Positions 8,671-17,965 of a stretch of 37,307 bases of DNA are shown here, piece by piece (the first letter of the stretch is position 1; every line of letters begins with the position of its first letter). A program made the position numbers and the translations under genes. The stretch comes from Archangiaceae bacterium. Its GTDB lineage: Bacteria; Myxococcota; Myxococcia; Myxococcales; Myxococcaceae. The notes beneath the pieces are model-generated. The model made no database searches. It saw only the letters and a program-made list of their open reading frames with translations, and was not told where the DNA came from. The stretch lies in NCBI GenBank assembly GCA_043750125.1, contig JAYVCD010000188.1, positions 1 to 37,307 of the forward strand, written 5' to 3'.

Positions 8671-9381
8671 GTGAGATGGCCGCCGTACGCAGTGCTGGGT
8701 TCGAACCCCGCCGTCTGGCCCGAGGTGTCCCAGACCGCCTCAGACGGAATCCTCGCGATGGGAGGAGACCTCTCGCCGCGTCGCCTGACCGAGGCGTACC
8801 GGCGCGGAATCTTCCCCTGGTACAGCGAGGGGCTGCCGATTCTCTGGCACTGCCCCGACCCGCGGTTCGTCCTCGTTCCTTCGCAGCTGCACGTGCCGAA
8901 GAGCCTGCAAAAGCAGCTGCGCCGTGGGGCTTTCGAGATTCGGCTCGACACGGAATTCGAGCAGGTGATCGACGCGTGCGGAACGTCGCGGCGGCCAGGG
9001 CAGCGCGGCACGTGGATTACCCGCGAGATGCGCAGCGCGTACGTCAAGCTGCACGCGCTGGGTCTGGCCCACTGCGCCGAAGCCTGGGCCGACGGGAAGC
9101 TGCAAGGCGGTCTGTACGGAGTGAGCCTCGGGGCGATGTTCTTCGGGGAGAGCATGTTCGCCCGAGCGCCCGACACCTCGAAGGTCGCCTTCGTCACCCT
9201 GGTTCAACACCTGGTCGCGCACGGAATCGAGCTCGTCGACTGCCAGCAGGAAACCGAGCACCTGGCCCGCTTCGGCGCTGAGCCCTGGCCCCGCGACCGC
9301 TTCGTCGCTGAGGTGACGCGGTTGGTTTCGAAGCCGACCTACATGGGTCCGTGGCGGTTGGACCCGATGCCGACCGGCTGA
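8671..9381 (+). CDS. aat: Leucyl/phenylalanyl-tRNA--protein transferase
   Basis: Motifs GILAMGGDLSPRRLTEAYRRGIFPWY, WHCPDPRFVL, GGLYGVSLGAMFFGESMF, SKVAF and DCQQETEHLARFGA. Confidence 0.97.
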   Translation: MRWPPYAVLGSNPAVWPEVSQTASDGILAMGGDLSPRRLTEAYRRGIFPWYSEGLPILWHCPDPRFVLVPSQLHVPKSLQKQLRRGAFEIRLDTEFEQVIDACGTSRRPGQRGTWITREMRSAYVKLHALGLAHCAEAWADGKLQGGLYGVSLGAMFFGESMFARAPDTSKVAFVTLVQHLVAHGIELVDCQQETEHLARFGAEPWPRDRFVAEVTRLVSKPTYMGPWRLDPMPTG

Positions 9382-9407
9382 CCCGACCCGGCGGGGGTGA
9401 AGAAGTA

Positions 9408-9974
9408 TTACGGCGGGACCGCCTGCCACACCTTCACGTCGTAATAGGTGACCGAGGACCCGTACGCGGCGAGCACGATGTGGTTCTTCGGAGTCGCGCT
9501 CTGGTCGACGGTCATTCCCGAAACCAGCTTGCCGTTGACGCTGAACGCGACCTTCCGGTCGAGCACCTCGAGCACGCCGGTATAGGTGGTGCCCGCCACG
9601 AGGGTCAGGGGGCTGGTGTCGAGCGGGGCGGACATCGTGGTCGTGCTCCAGCCAGACATCTCGTTGAGCGCGACGGTGCCCGGGGCCCCGACGTTGATCC
9701 GAACTCCGAGCAGGTGCTGCGGGTTTGCGACTTCTTTGTGGTTGAGGCGAATGCCGGGCTCTCCGGTGCCGGTGAAGCTGAAGACGAATTGAATCACCAC
9801 CCGCTCGACGGGCATCACGTGGCCGACGTTCGGATCCCGTTCGGTGGCAGGCGATGAGCCCACCAGCTTGCCGCCCGCCTCGGTCCAGGTCCCACCGATG
9901 ACCGACCATTTCGGGGCCAGGTTGCCGCTGGTGAAGTCGTCCGCGAAGAGCAGCGTCCCCCGCTTCGACTTCAC
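9408..9974 (-). CDS. Concanavalin A/DUF1080-like beta-sandwich protein; possibly 5'-truncated
   Basis: Pattern KRGTLLFADDF...KWSVIGGTWTEAGGKLVG...VAFSVNGKLV...VTYYDVKVWQA, with GC-rich third positions. No convincing start or signal peptide; GTG 9974 is tentative. Confidence 0.55.
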   Translation of the reverse strand: MKSKRGTLLFADDFTSGNLAPKWSVIGGTWTEAGGKLVGSSPATERDPNVGHVMPVERVVIQFVFSFTGTGEPGIRLNHKEVANPQHLLGVRINVGAPGTVALNEMSGWSTTTMSAPLDTSPLTLVAGTTYTGVLEVLDRKVAFSVNGKLVSGMTVDQSATPKNHIVLAAYGSSVTYYDVKVWQAVPP

Positions 9975-10029
9975 CCCGCTGGGCCGAGCCGTCGCCCACG
10001 AGACTCGCCCGAACCAATGGACAGATTGA

Positions 10030-11601
10030 CTACGGCTCGGCAATCAATCGGGCGATCGTCTCTCGCAACTGAGAGAGGTCCAGTGGTTTTTCGAACAGCC
10101 GCCCGGCCATCTTCCCCGCGAACTGCATTGTCTCGTGAGACAGCACACCGGCGGTCATGAAGATGACCTTCCGGGCCTGCTGGGGGTTCTCGGTTTCCAG
10201 CCAGGTGTAGAGCTGGTTCCCGGTTACGTCGGGCATCGACAGATCGCTGATGATCGCATCGAAGCGCTCTCCGGCCCGAATCCGCTCGAGGGCACAGCGG
10301 CCGTTGAGCTCGGTGTCCACGTCGTGGTCATTCTCGAGACAACGGCGCAACGAAGCCACCAACGAAGAATCATCGTCGACCACCAGGACCCGGCCGCGCT
10401 GACCTGGAGGCGGCGGCTGGGCGATCTGTTCGGGCTCTTCGAGAACTGCGGGCCCGAGCGCCGGAAGGATGACGCGAAACAGAGAGCCTTTTCCGAGCTC
10501 GCTTTTCACCTCGATTCGACCCCCGTGGCCCTCGACGATGTTGCGACAGATGGAAAGGCCGACTCCAGTTCCGGCTCCGGCGGGCTTGGTGGTGAAGAAG
10601 GGCTCGAACAGCCGCGCGAGGACCTCGGAGCTCATCCCGGCGCCGGTGTCCGAGATCTCGACCACCGCTTGCCCTTCGCTGCTCGTGGTGAGCCGAACGC
10701 GCACCTCGTTCTGGCTGGCCGACCCTTCGGCAATCGACTGCGCCGCATTGACGAGCAGGTTGATGAAGACCTGGGCCAGCTGAAAATCGAGCGCGTCCAC
10801 GTCGGGCGCGGCCAGGAATTCCCGCTTCAGCTGGGCGCGGTGCCGAATGATGACCGTGCTCATCTTCAGCGCTCCCTCGAGCAACGGGCGCAGCGCGGTG
10901 CGGGCTCGGCGAGCCTCGTGGTGATGAGCGAACGTCTTGATGTGGTTCACCACCGCGGCCATCTGCGCGGCCCCTTCTTGCGACTCGGAAACGACCTCTT
11001 CGAAGTCGGCCAGCTCGGCGTCGAGCCCCACCGCGCGCGCCCGCATCGCGCTCAACTTCTCGCGCATGTAGTCGAGGTTCGAGACCAGGTAGGTCAGCGG
11101 GTTGTTGATCTCGTGGACCACTCCGGCGGCGAGCGTTCCCAGTGCGGACAGCCGGTCGGCCTGCATCAGCTGGGTCTGCAGCAGGTCTCGTTCGCGGACC
11201 ATTCGACGCCGCTCGCACAGCAGGCCCAGGCGGTGGGAAATGACATCGAGCGCGAACGGCTTGAGCAGGTAGTCCGCCGCCCCCAGCTGCAGCGCTTCGA
11301 TCGCGCTCTCGATGTTCCCGAAAGCGGTCACCATCACCGGAGCGCAATCGGGCTGATGCACCCGGATCCACCGCAGAAAATCGAGCCCGTTTTTATCCTG
11401 GCCCAGGTTCTTGTCGATCAACGCACAGGCGAAGGCTTGAGCAGCGACCGCCTGCTCGGCCTGGGCAATCGTCGTGGCCAGAACCGGGACTCCATTGAGC
11501 ATCTTCACGATTCCACTCATCAAATTGCGAATGGCTTCGTCATCATCGACGATCAAAATCGAGTCGCCCTGCAAGTTCGGTGAGTTGGCGCGCTCGGTCA
11601 T
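10030..11601 (-). CDS. Hybrid histidine kinase with receivers at both ends (REC-HisKA-HATPase-REC)
   Basis: N-terminal ILIVDDD...LIDKNL...YLLKPF, H-box LAAGVVHEINNPL, NLLVNAAQ, FEPFFTTKPAGAGTGVGL, and C-terminal VLVVDDD...ISDLSMPD...EKP. Confidence 0.93.
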   Translation of the reverse strand: MTERANSPNLQGDSILIVDDDEAIRNLMSGIVKMLNGVPVLATTIAQAEQAVAAQAFACALIDKNLGQDKNGLDFLRWIRVHQPDCAPVMVTAFGNIESAIEALQLGAADYLLKPFALDVISHRLGLLCERRRMVRERDLLQTQLMQADRLSALGTLAAGVVHEINNPLTYLVSNLDYMREKLSAMRARAVGLDAELADFEEVVSESQEGAAQMAAVVNHIKTFAHHHEARRARTALRPLLEGALKMSTVIIRHRAQLKREFLAAPDVDALDFQLAQVFINLLVNAAQSIAEGSASQNEVRVRLTTSSEGQAVVEISDTGAGMSSEVLARLFEPFFTTKPAGAGTGVGLSICRNIVEGHGGRIEVKSELGKGSLFRVILPALGPAVLEEPEQIAQPPPPGQRGRVLVVDDDSSLVASLRRCLENDHDVDTELNGRCALERIRAGERFDAIISDLSMPDVTGNQLYTWLETENPQQARKVIFMTAGVLSHETMQFAGKMAGRLFEKPLDLSQLRETIARLIAEP

Positions 11602-11935
11602 TTTGAAATCGGGTCAGTCGTCACCCAGAAGGTCATCGAGCACCCGGGTGCGAGGTCCTGTTTGCGCGTCTGCTTCGGCACAACAGCTGTCATTTGCAAC
11701 CCCCAAGCCGGGATCAGGACTCACTCTACAGTCTCGAAAGATCGCCCAGGCTTGATCGGCTGGGTGGGAATGCGGCGCTTCTGCTGGGCAAGACCGGTCA
11801 AGTGGGGCTCGGGAAGGAGCGCACCGCCAGCGGTTGTATACGTCATCTGACACCGACCCCGTCACCCTCCGCCGCGCGCCGATGAGAAGCATTCCGCGCC
11901 CCCCGCCTCTGATTGAGGCCCTCGAGGCGGCCGGG

Positions 11936-14149
11936 TCATTCCAGGCGCAGCGCCCGGACAAACCCTTCGCGCCACGCCTTCGACAGCTCGGACACCGGGA
12001 CCTTGAGCATCCCCCGGATCTCCAGAGATTCGCCCCCGACCGCGCCGATGCACGAGAAGGGAACCCCTTCGGAAGCGCACAGCTTTTCGATTTTCTTCAG
12101 CTGCCCCGCGGCGAAGGAAATGACGGCGCGGGTGGCGTCCTCGCCGAACAGCCAGGCGTGCGGAGCGACCCCTGCTTTGGGGTGGGCGTCGACGACGATT
12201 CCGAACAGGCGCTGCGAATCGGCGACGCAGCTCTCTGCGAGGGCCACCCCGAGGCCGCCTTCAGAACAGTCGTGAGCGCTGTGCACCACGCCCTCGCGCG
12301 CGAGCGCTCGAAGCACCCGCTGCAGTGAAAGCTCGGCCTTGATGTCGAGCGTGGGCGGGCGCCCCGCGGTCTGACCCTGCGAATGAAGCCACTCGCTGCC
12401 CCCGAGCTGACCTTTCGTCAACCCGAGCAGCGCGACGAGGTCCCCGTTCTCGACGAAACCCATGCCCATCCGCTTGGTCGCATCGGGCACCAGGCCCACC
12501 ACCGCCACGGTGGGAGTGGGGAAGATGCTCTTCCCGTCTGTCTCGTTGTAGAGGCTGACATTTCCGCTGACCACCGGCACGTCGAGCTGTCGGCAGGCGT
12601 CGGCCAGACCGCGCACCGCTTCGGCGAACTGCCACATGTTCTCGGGGCGTTCCGGGTTTCCGAAGTTCAGACAGTCGGTCAACCCCAGCGGCTCGCCGCC
12701 GACGCAGCTGACATTGCGGGTGCACTCGGCCACGGCCAGCCGCGCGCCCTCATAGGGGTCGAGGTAGACGAAGCGCGAGTTGCAGTCGGCCTTGATCGCG
12801 ATGCCCTTTTTCGAGCGCTCGATGCGCACCACGGCCGCGTCGGCAGAGCCGGGAAGCACCACGCCGCCCAGGCGCACCTGGTGGTCGTACTGGCGGTACA
12901 CCCATTCCTTGCTCGCGATGTTCGGGCGCGCGAGCAGCTCGGTCAGCGCCAGCCCCAGGTGCTCGGGCGGCGTCACGCTCAGCGGGTCGAAGGCCTGCGC
13001 GGCGTCGAGCCAGTCGGGGCGCTTCATCGGGCGGTCGTAGATCGGCGCGCCATCGGTCAGGGGCTTCACCGGCAGGTCGGCGACAACCTGGCCGCCGTCG
13101 AGAATCACCACGTGTCCGGTATCGGTGACGCGGCCGATCACCGCGGCGTCGAGGTCCCACTTGTGGAAGATGTCGAGCACTTCCTGCTCGCGGCCGACCT
13201 TCGCCACCAGCACCATTCGTTCTTGCGATTCGCTGAGCATCACTTCGTAGGGGGACATGTTCGTCTCGCGCCGCGGAACTTTTGCGACATCGAGCTCGAT
13301 CCCGCTGCCCGCGCGGCTGGCCATTTCGATCGACGAGCTGGTGAGCCCCGCCGCGCCCATGTCCTGAATGCCCACCACCGCGTCGGTCGCGAACAGCTCG
13401 AGACAAGCCTCGAGCAGCAACTTCTCGGTGAACGGATCTCCGACCTGAACGGTGGGGCGCTTCTCGTGGGACTTGTCGTCGAACTCGGCCGACGCCATCG
13501 TCGCGCCGTGGATTCCGTCGCGGCCCGTCTTGCTGCCGACGTACAGAATCGGATTCCCGACCCCGGCCGCAGTGCCTTTGAAGATCTTGTCTGCGCGCAC
13601 CACCCCGACGGTAAAGGCGTTGACGAGGCAGTTCCCATCGTAGCTCTCGTCGAACGCGACTTCCCCCGCGACCGTGGGGACCCCGATGCAGTTGCCGTAG
13701 CCGGCGATGCCCGCCACCACGCCCTCGACCAGCCACCGCGTCTTCGGGTGGGTGGGCTTGCCGAACCGCAGCGAATTCATCAGCGCGATCGGCCGCGCGC
13801 CCATCGTGAAGACGTCGCGAAGAATGCCGCCGACTCCGGTGGCGGCGCCCTGGTACGGCTCGATGAAGCTGGGGTGGTTGTGCGATTCCATCTTGAAGGC
13901 CACCGCGTCCCCGTCGCCGATGTCGACCACGCCCGCGTTCTCACCCGGGCCGACGAGGACGCGCGGGCCGGTGGTGGGGAACTGCTTGAGGTGCTTGCGA
14001 GAAGACTTGTACGAGCAGTGCTCGCTCCAAAGCACCGAGAAGATTCCCAGCTCGAGCAGGTTCGGCTCGCGGCCCAGATGCTGAATTATTTTCTGGTACT
14101 CGTCGGGTTTGAGGCCGTGCTGGGCGACCACTTCGGGACCATGGCTCAT
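11936..14149 (-). CDS. purL: Phosphoribosylformylglycinamidine synthase subunit PurL (small type)
   Basis: Motifs [70 protein letters not shown] and HDCSEGGL. Confidence 0.98.
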   Translation of the reverse strand: MSHGPEVVAQHGLKPDEYQKIIQHLGREPNLLELGIFSVLWSEHCSYKSSRKHLKQFPTTGPRVLVGPGENAGVVDIGDGDAVAFKMESHNHPSFIEPYQGAATGVGGILRDVFTMGARPIALMNSLRFGKPTHPKTRWLVEGVVAGIAGYGNCIGVPTVAGEVAFDESYDGNCLVNAFTVGVVRADKIFKGTAAGVGNPILYVGSKTGRDGIHGATMASAEFDDKSHEKRPTVQVGDPFTEKLLLEACLELFATDAVVGIQDMGAAGLTSSSIEMASRAGSGIELDVAKVPRRETNMSPYEVMLSESQERMVLVAKVGREQEVLDIFHKWDLDAAVIGRVTDTGHVVILDGGQVVADLPVKPLTDGAPIYDRPMKRPDWLDAAQAFDPLSVTPPEHLGLALTELLARPNIASKEWVYRQYDHQVRLGGVVLPGSADAAVVRIERSKKGIAIKADCNSRFVYLDPYEGARLAVAECTRNVSCVGGEPLGLTDCLNFGNPERPENMWQFAEAVRGLADACRQLDVPVVSGNVSLYNETDGKSIFPTPTVAVVGLVPDATKRMGMGFVENGDLVALLGLTKGQLGGSEWLHSQGQTAGRPPTLDIKAELSLQRVLRALAREGVVHSAHDCSEGGLGVALAESCVADSQRLFGIVVDAHPKAGVAPHAWLFGEDATRAVISFAAGQLKKIEKLCASEGVPFSCIGAVGGESLEIRGMLKVPVSELSKAWREGFVRALRLE

Positions 14150-14193
14150 GGCGCGGCTTGTACCTTCAGCGGGCCTGGAAGGTCCCTCCTTTT

Positions 14194-14841
14194 TCAGGGC
14201 CAGAAGAAGGCCAGGCCTCCACCGGCGAGCAGGGCTCCCCCGGTTCCGTAGAGGACGTTCGCAGCCGTCGCGCGGGCCTCGGCGTCGCGCTGCAGCGACT
14301 GGGCGTGACCGACCGAAGCTTCTGCGGCGGCGTTCTGCGCCAGCGTGCGGGCCTGGACCCCGATCACCGCTGCGACCGCGACCGCCGCCAGACAGGCGGC
14401 CGCCATTCCCAGTCCCAGGCCCGTACGCCAGGCGGGCCTGCCGGTCGCAAGCGGCGGGGGCACAACGGGAGCCAGTGGTCGCACTTCAACCGCGGGCGCG
14501 CTTTGCTTCACTTCGGGAACCGCCGGCCGTTCGACCTTCGCCTGCTTCCACCATTGCTGCCAGGTGGGGTTGGTTCCTTCGGGCAGCTCGAGGTTGGGGT
14601 TGATGACCAGCGCGGTGCGAAAGGCTGCTCGGGCTTCACGCTCGTGAATGAGTCCGGCGTGGGCGAGGCCGATGTAGAGCCAGATCTGCGCCAGCTCTTC
14701 GGGGGTGGTGTCGGGCCAGGCGATCGCGCGGTCGAGCGTCTTGATCGCGGCCTTTTCGTCCAGATGCCGAAGCTGATCGCGCGCGTTGGGAAGATGCGGG
14801 TTGGCACCGACGAGGAGCAGCAGGGTGAAGAGGGAAATCAT
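14194..14841 (-). CDS. Secreted TPR-like protein with a C-terminal membrane hairpin
   Basis: Signal peptide, TPR-like [33 protein letters not shown], Pro-rich linker and two hydrophobic C-terminal segments. The ATG overlaps the stop of the upstream remnant (ATGA). Confidence 0.75.
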   Translation of the reverse strand: MISLFTLLLLVGANPHLPNARDQLRHLDEKAAIKTLDRAIAWPDTTPEELAQIWLYIGLAHAGLIHEREARAAFRTALVINPNLELPEGTNPTWQQWWKQAKVERPAVPEVKQSAPAVEVRPLAPVVPPPLATGRPAWRTGLGLGMAAACLAAVAVAAVIGVQARTLAQNAAAEASVGHAQSLQRDAEARATAANVLYGTGGALLAGGGLAFFWP

Positions 14842-15264
14842 TGGGGGTTGCAATGCAGCTGGGCCCGAATCTGCCGACCCGGGGCGCCGGCATCGGCTTG
14901 ATAGGCGAAGGCATGTCGACCTCCTCCGATGGCAATCGCCGGAGCGCGGGCGTCGGCCCTGAGCTGAACCTGAACCCGGCTGCTGGTGGGCCCGTCGAAG
15001 CGTCGATCAACACCACGTCACGCGAGCTGCCGACGCGGCCATCGCAATCGTTGTCGACCGTGTCGGTGCAGTTGGTCTCCAGGGCTCGAACGCCACGCCC
15101 GGCAGGCAACCCCCGGTGCAGACATTCACAGCGGGCCCCGCTCTGACGCAGCGAAAGGGGGGGGGGCAGGGGTCCTGAGGGCCGCACTGCTTTCCTTCGA
15201 TCGCCAATGGAAGAAGTGCGCACCCCGCGATCACCACGACCAGGCCTGTGAGCCGAAGCATCAA
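14838..15264 (-). pseudogene. Collapsed Cys-rich lipoprotein with a MopE-like 'DNDCDG' repeat
   Basis: Three successive frames: a lipobox N-terminus MLRLTGLVVVIAGC...CGPQDPCPPPFRC; then LETNCTDTVDNDCDGRV; then RAPAIAIGGGRHAFAYQAD...[11 protein letters not shown], whose TGA overlaps the ATG of the next gene. Confidence 0.65.
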
Positions 15265-15299
15265 AGGATCGAAGCGTAGCCCGCGGTTGCCAAGATCCG

Positions 15300-15421
15300 G
15301 GGCCGAATGGCGAACACCCGCTCTGTCTCAGTCCTGCGGACGGGCTGAGGAGCTCTGCGAGATCAGGCGCGGACTGAGCGAACGAGGAGGCAGAAACGAG
15401 ACAGAGGACAAGACGGGTTAT
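15300..15421 (-). pseudogene. Stub of a secreted protein gene with a probably mutated start codon
   Basis: GGAG-N7-ATA is followed by the signal-peptide-like TRLVLCLVSASSFAQSAPDLAELL. There is no recognisable continuation, and the end coordinate is approximate. Confidence 0.3.
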
Positions 15422-15506
15422 GGGGGGGCTCCGGGAAGGGGGACCTGGAAGAGTGCGTCCCCGGTTCGCCGGGTAGAACTCGGCCCGAAGGGCAGCGTGA
15501 CAGGGC

Positions 15507-16391
15507 TTAAGCGCCGAACCCGCTGCCCTCGACGCCGTCGGCTGAGACCCAGGCGCGAGCCATGCGGGCGCTGTTGAAGGCGAACCCGAGGCGTCCGCGG
15601 GCGTCGACGAGGATGACTCCGCCGTCGCCTCCGAAGCGGGTGAACTGCTTGATCGCTTGAGCGGCGACGTCGTTGGGCTCTCGGCCCCCGGCGCACAAAT
15701 CGACGGCATGACGGGCGAGGGTGGCCTTGATCGCGGCCTCGCCGAGGCCAGTGCAGGAGCAGGCGCCGAGCAAATCATCGGCGTAGGTCCCACACCCGAT
15801 GAGCGGCGAGTCGCCGACGCGGCCGGGCCGTTTGAGGACCATTCCCCCGGTGGAAGTCGCAGCGGCGACGTGTCCGGCATCGTCGCGGGCGACGGCTCCG
15901 ACCGTGCCATGGCCCTTGGCTTTCCGGGTGGCGAGCGCCCTTTCCCACTTGGTTTTCGCGTTCGCAGCGACGAGCGCACCGGGTGGCAACAAGACGATTC
16001 CCTGCTCGACCGCAAAGTCCCGCGCACCTTCCGAAACCAGCAACACGTGCGGGGTCTTTTCCATCACCAGCCGCGCGAGTCGAATCGGATTCTTCACGTC
16101 CTTGAGGCAAGCGACGGCGCCGGCTCCCCCGTCCTGCCCGCGCATTACTGAAGCGTCGGCCTCGACTTCCCCTCGCAGGTTGAGCGCGGACCCGAACCCC
16201 GCATTGAAGGTGGGGTCATCTTCGAGGCAGACGACGGCGGCCTCGACCGCATCGAGCGCACTGCCGCCGGCGGCGAGAATTCGGTGACCGACCCAAGCGG
16301 CGTTCAAGCACCCGGCGCGGCAAGGACCTGAGTCGTCCTCGGTTCCAAAGTCACCCGCTCCACCGTGCACGATGATGCTCGCCATTGTCAT
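15507..16391 (-). CDS. iaaA: Isoaspartyl peptidase/L-asparaginase (Ntn hydrolase)
   Basis: Motifs IIVHGGAG, ALDAVEAAVVCLEDDPTFNAG, autocleavage site GTVGAVA, ATSTGG and GRVGDSPLIGCGTYAD. Confidence 0.93.
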   Translation of the reverse strand: MTMASIIVHGGAGDFGTEDDSGPCRAGCLNAAWVGHRILAAGGSALDAVEAAVVCLEDDPTFNAGFGSALNLRGEVEADASVMRGQDGGAGAVACLKDVKNPIRLARLVMEKTPHVLLVSEGARDFAVEQGIVLLPPGALVAANAKTKWERALATRKAKGHGTVGAVARDDAGHVAAATSTGGMVLKRPGRVGDSPLIGCGTYADDLLGACSCTGLGEAAIKATLARHAVDLCAGGREPNDVAAQAIKQFTRFGGDGGVILVDARGRLGFAFNSARMARAWVSADGVEGSGFGA

Positions 16392-17032
16392 TGCCTCACT
16401 TCGACCTGGTCATCCATCGCGACCCGCCCGGCCGAGCGGCGAAACACGTCCCACAGCGCCTTTCGTTGCCCCGGGGCATCGACGCTGCCGGTGAGCACCA
16501 GGCTTGCCCCTTCGTAGCGGGCGACAATCTTCTGCGACGCGAGCGCTGCGTTGATCGTCTTCAGCTGCGACTGCAGCACTTCGATCGGAAAGACGAGGGC
16601 GAGCTCCTTGCCGACGAACGCATCGGTCGCGAGCAACCCGAGCACGGCCTGTCGACACTTCTCGTCCCCCACCAGCCCGACGAGCTTGTCGTATTCCTGT
16701 GGATGGTAGGTGAGCTTGGGGCAAGCCTTGAGCGCGGTGCCCAGCGTGCCCACTTCGGGCTGAGACTTGCCGGCGACCCGCAGCCGCCACACCGCGAATT
16801 TTTTCTCCGCGTACATCAAGACCAGCGTGCGCCCCGGCTGCAGCGCGGTGAAGAGGATCTCTCCGGACTCGAGATACTCGACCGTCACCACCTTCGGGTC
16901 CTCGACTTCGAACCAATCGAGCGAGGACAGATGAACGAACTTCTCTTTGCCGACTTCGAGGTCCTGGACCACATCGACCGGCCAGCCCCAGGCGGGCGTC
17001 GACAACACCAACAGCAGCAAAGCCCGCCGCAT
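16388..17032 (-). CDS. Secreted protein with a pilus-assembly (CpaC/RcpA secretin N-terminal-like) domain
   Basis: Signal peptide [16 protein letters not shown] and the pattern VEDPKVVTVEYLESGEILFTALQPGRTLVLMY, with a BON-like tail LVLTGSV. The start overlaps the purQ stop (TGATG) and the stop overlaps the iaaA start. Confidence 0.65.
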   Translation of the reverse strand: MRRALLLLVLSTPAWGWPVDVVQDLEVGKEKFVHLSSLDWFEVEDPKVVTVEYLESGEILFTALQPGRTLVLMYAEKKFAVWRLRVAGKSQPEVGTLGTALKACPKLTYHPQEYDKLVGLVGDEKCRQAVLGLLATDAFVGKELALVFPIEVLQSQLKTINAALASQKIVARYEGASLVLTGSVDAPGQRKALWDVFRRSAGRVAMDDQVEVRQ

Positions 17033-17685
17033 CAGCTCAAGAGCGACATGAACAGCTTGAGCCCGTCGGCGCTGCCCAACACCGACTCGGCCGCGCGCTC
17101 GGGGTGCGGCATCATCCCCAGCACGTTGCCCCGCTCGTTGACGATGCCGGCGATGTCGTTGCGCGCACCATTGGGGTTGTGGCGATAGCGGAAGACGACC
17201 TGGCCGTTGCCCTCGAGCCGCTCGAGACCTTCGTCGTCGATGAAATAGTTTCCTTCGGCGTGGGCGATCGGCATCTTGAGCAGGTCGCCCTTCTTCATTC
17301 CCCCGGTGAACGGGGTGTCGGCGTTGACCACCTGCAGCTCGACTTCCTGGCAGATGAACTTCAGCGAGGCATTGCGCAGCAGCACCCCGGGAAGCAGCCC
17401 TGCCTCGGTCAGAATCTGAAACCCGTTGCAGATTCCGAGCACTTTTCCGCCCGCCGCGGCGTGGCGTCCGACCTCTTCCATGATCGGCGAAAAGCGGGCG
17501 ATCGCGCCGCAGCGCAGGTAATCGCCATAAGAAAAACCACCGGGGACGATGATCGTGTCGCACCCCTGAAGGTCGCGGTCTTTGTGCCACAGCTCGACGG
17601 TCGGCTGGCCGAGCAGCTCTTTGACCACGTGCACCGCGTCGGCGTCACAGTTGCTGCCGGGGAACAAAACGACCCCGAATTTCAC
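17032..17685 (-). CDS. purQ: Phosphoribosylformylglycinamidine synthase glutaminase subunit
   Basis: Motifs [42 protein letters not shown] and GMMPHPER. Confidence 0.98.
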   Translation of the reverse strand: MKFGVVLFPGSNCDADAVHVVKELLGQPTVELWHKDRDLQGCDTIIVPGGFSYGDYLRCGAIARFSPIMEEVGRHAAAGGKVLGICNGFQILTEAGLLPGVLLRNASLKFICQEVELQVVNADTPFTGGMKKGDLLKMPIAHAEGNYFIDDEGLERLEGNGQVVFRYRHNPNGARNDIAGIVNERGNVLGMMPHPERAAESVLGSADGLKLFMSLLS

Positions 17686-17924
17686 GAGATGAGCTCCACC
17701 TTGAAGTTCTCAACCACCGTGTTGGCCAGCAATTTCTGGCACATCAGCTCGATGCGGGCTTTGGCGGTCGCTGGGTCCTTTGCGTCGACCTCGAGCTCCA
17801 CGTATTTGCCGAGCCGAACGTCAGAGGCTTCGGGGAAGCCCAGAGCATGCAAGCTCTTCTCGACGGCTTTCCCGGCCGGGTCGAGAACGCCGGCTTTCAA
17901 GGTGACGAATACTCGCGCGCGCAT
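17682..17924 (-). CDS. purS: Phosphoribosylformylglycinamidine synthase subunit PurS
   Basis: [21 protein letters not shown]...VRLGKYVEL...[14 protein letters not shown]. Overlaps the purQ start by 4 nt. Confidence 0.97.
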   Translation of the reverse strand: MRARVFVTLKAGVLDPAGKAVEKSLHALGFPEASDVRLGKYVELEVDAKDPATAKARIELMCQKLLANTVVENFKVELIS

Positions 17925-17930
17925 GCAGGG

Positions 17931-17958
17931 CGCATAACAAATTTGTGGGTGGTAAGAG
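17931..17958. promoter_or_regulatory. Back-to-back putative extended -10 elements for purS and the CNNM gene (probably leaderless)
   Basis: The divergent gap is only 41 bp. TGT-TATGCG lies 6 nt before the purS ATG (minus strand) and TGG-TAAGAG 7 nt before ATG 17966 (plus strand). No clear SD on either side. Confidence 0.5.
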
Positions 17959-17965
17959 CTGAAGA

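Noticed and set aside
11834-11853. TGTCAG-N8-TACAAC on the minus strand as a PafBC (RecA-NDp-type) promoter
   Set aside because: The spacing and final base do not fit the mycobacterial TGTCGG-N10-TANNNT pattern. No such motif was seen upstream of ligD or the aminotransferase-WYL operon either.
15157-15166. G10 tract as a phase-variation switch
   Set aside because: The tract is in frame with the lipoprotein N-terminus, and the gene is broken at two other places that slippage would not repair.
17033-17590. N-terminal extension of the 400-aa ORF 16388-17590
   Set aside because: It is an off-frame overlap with purQ. The signal peptide begins at ATG 17032.
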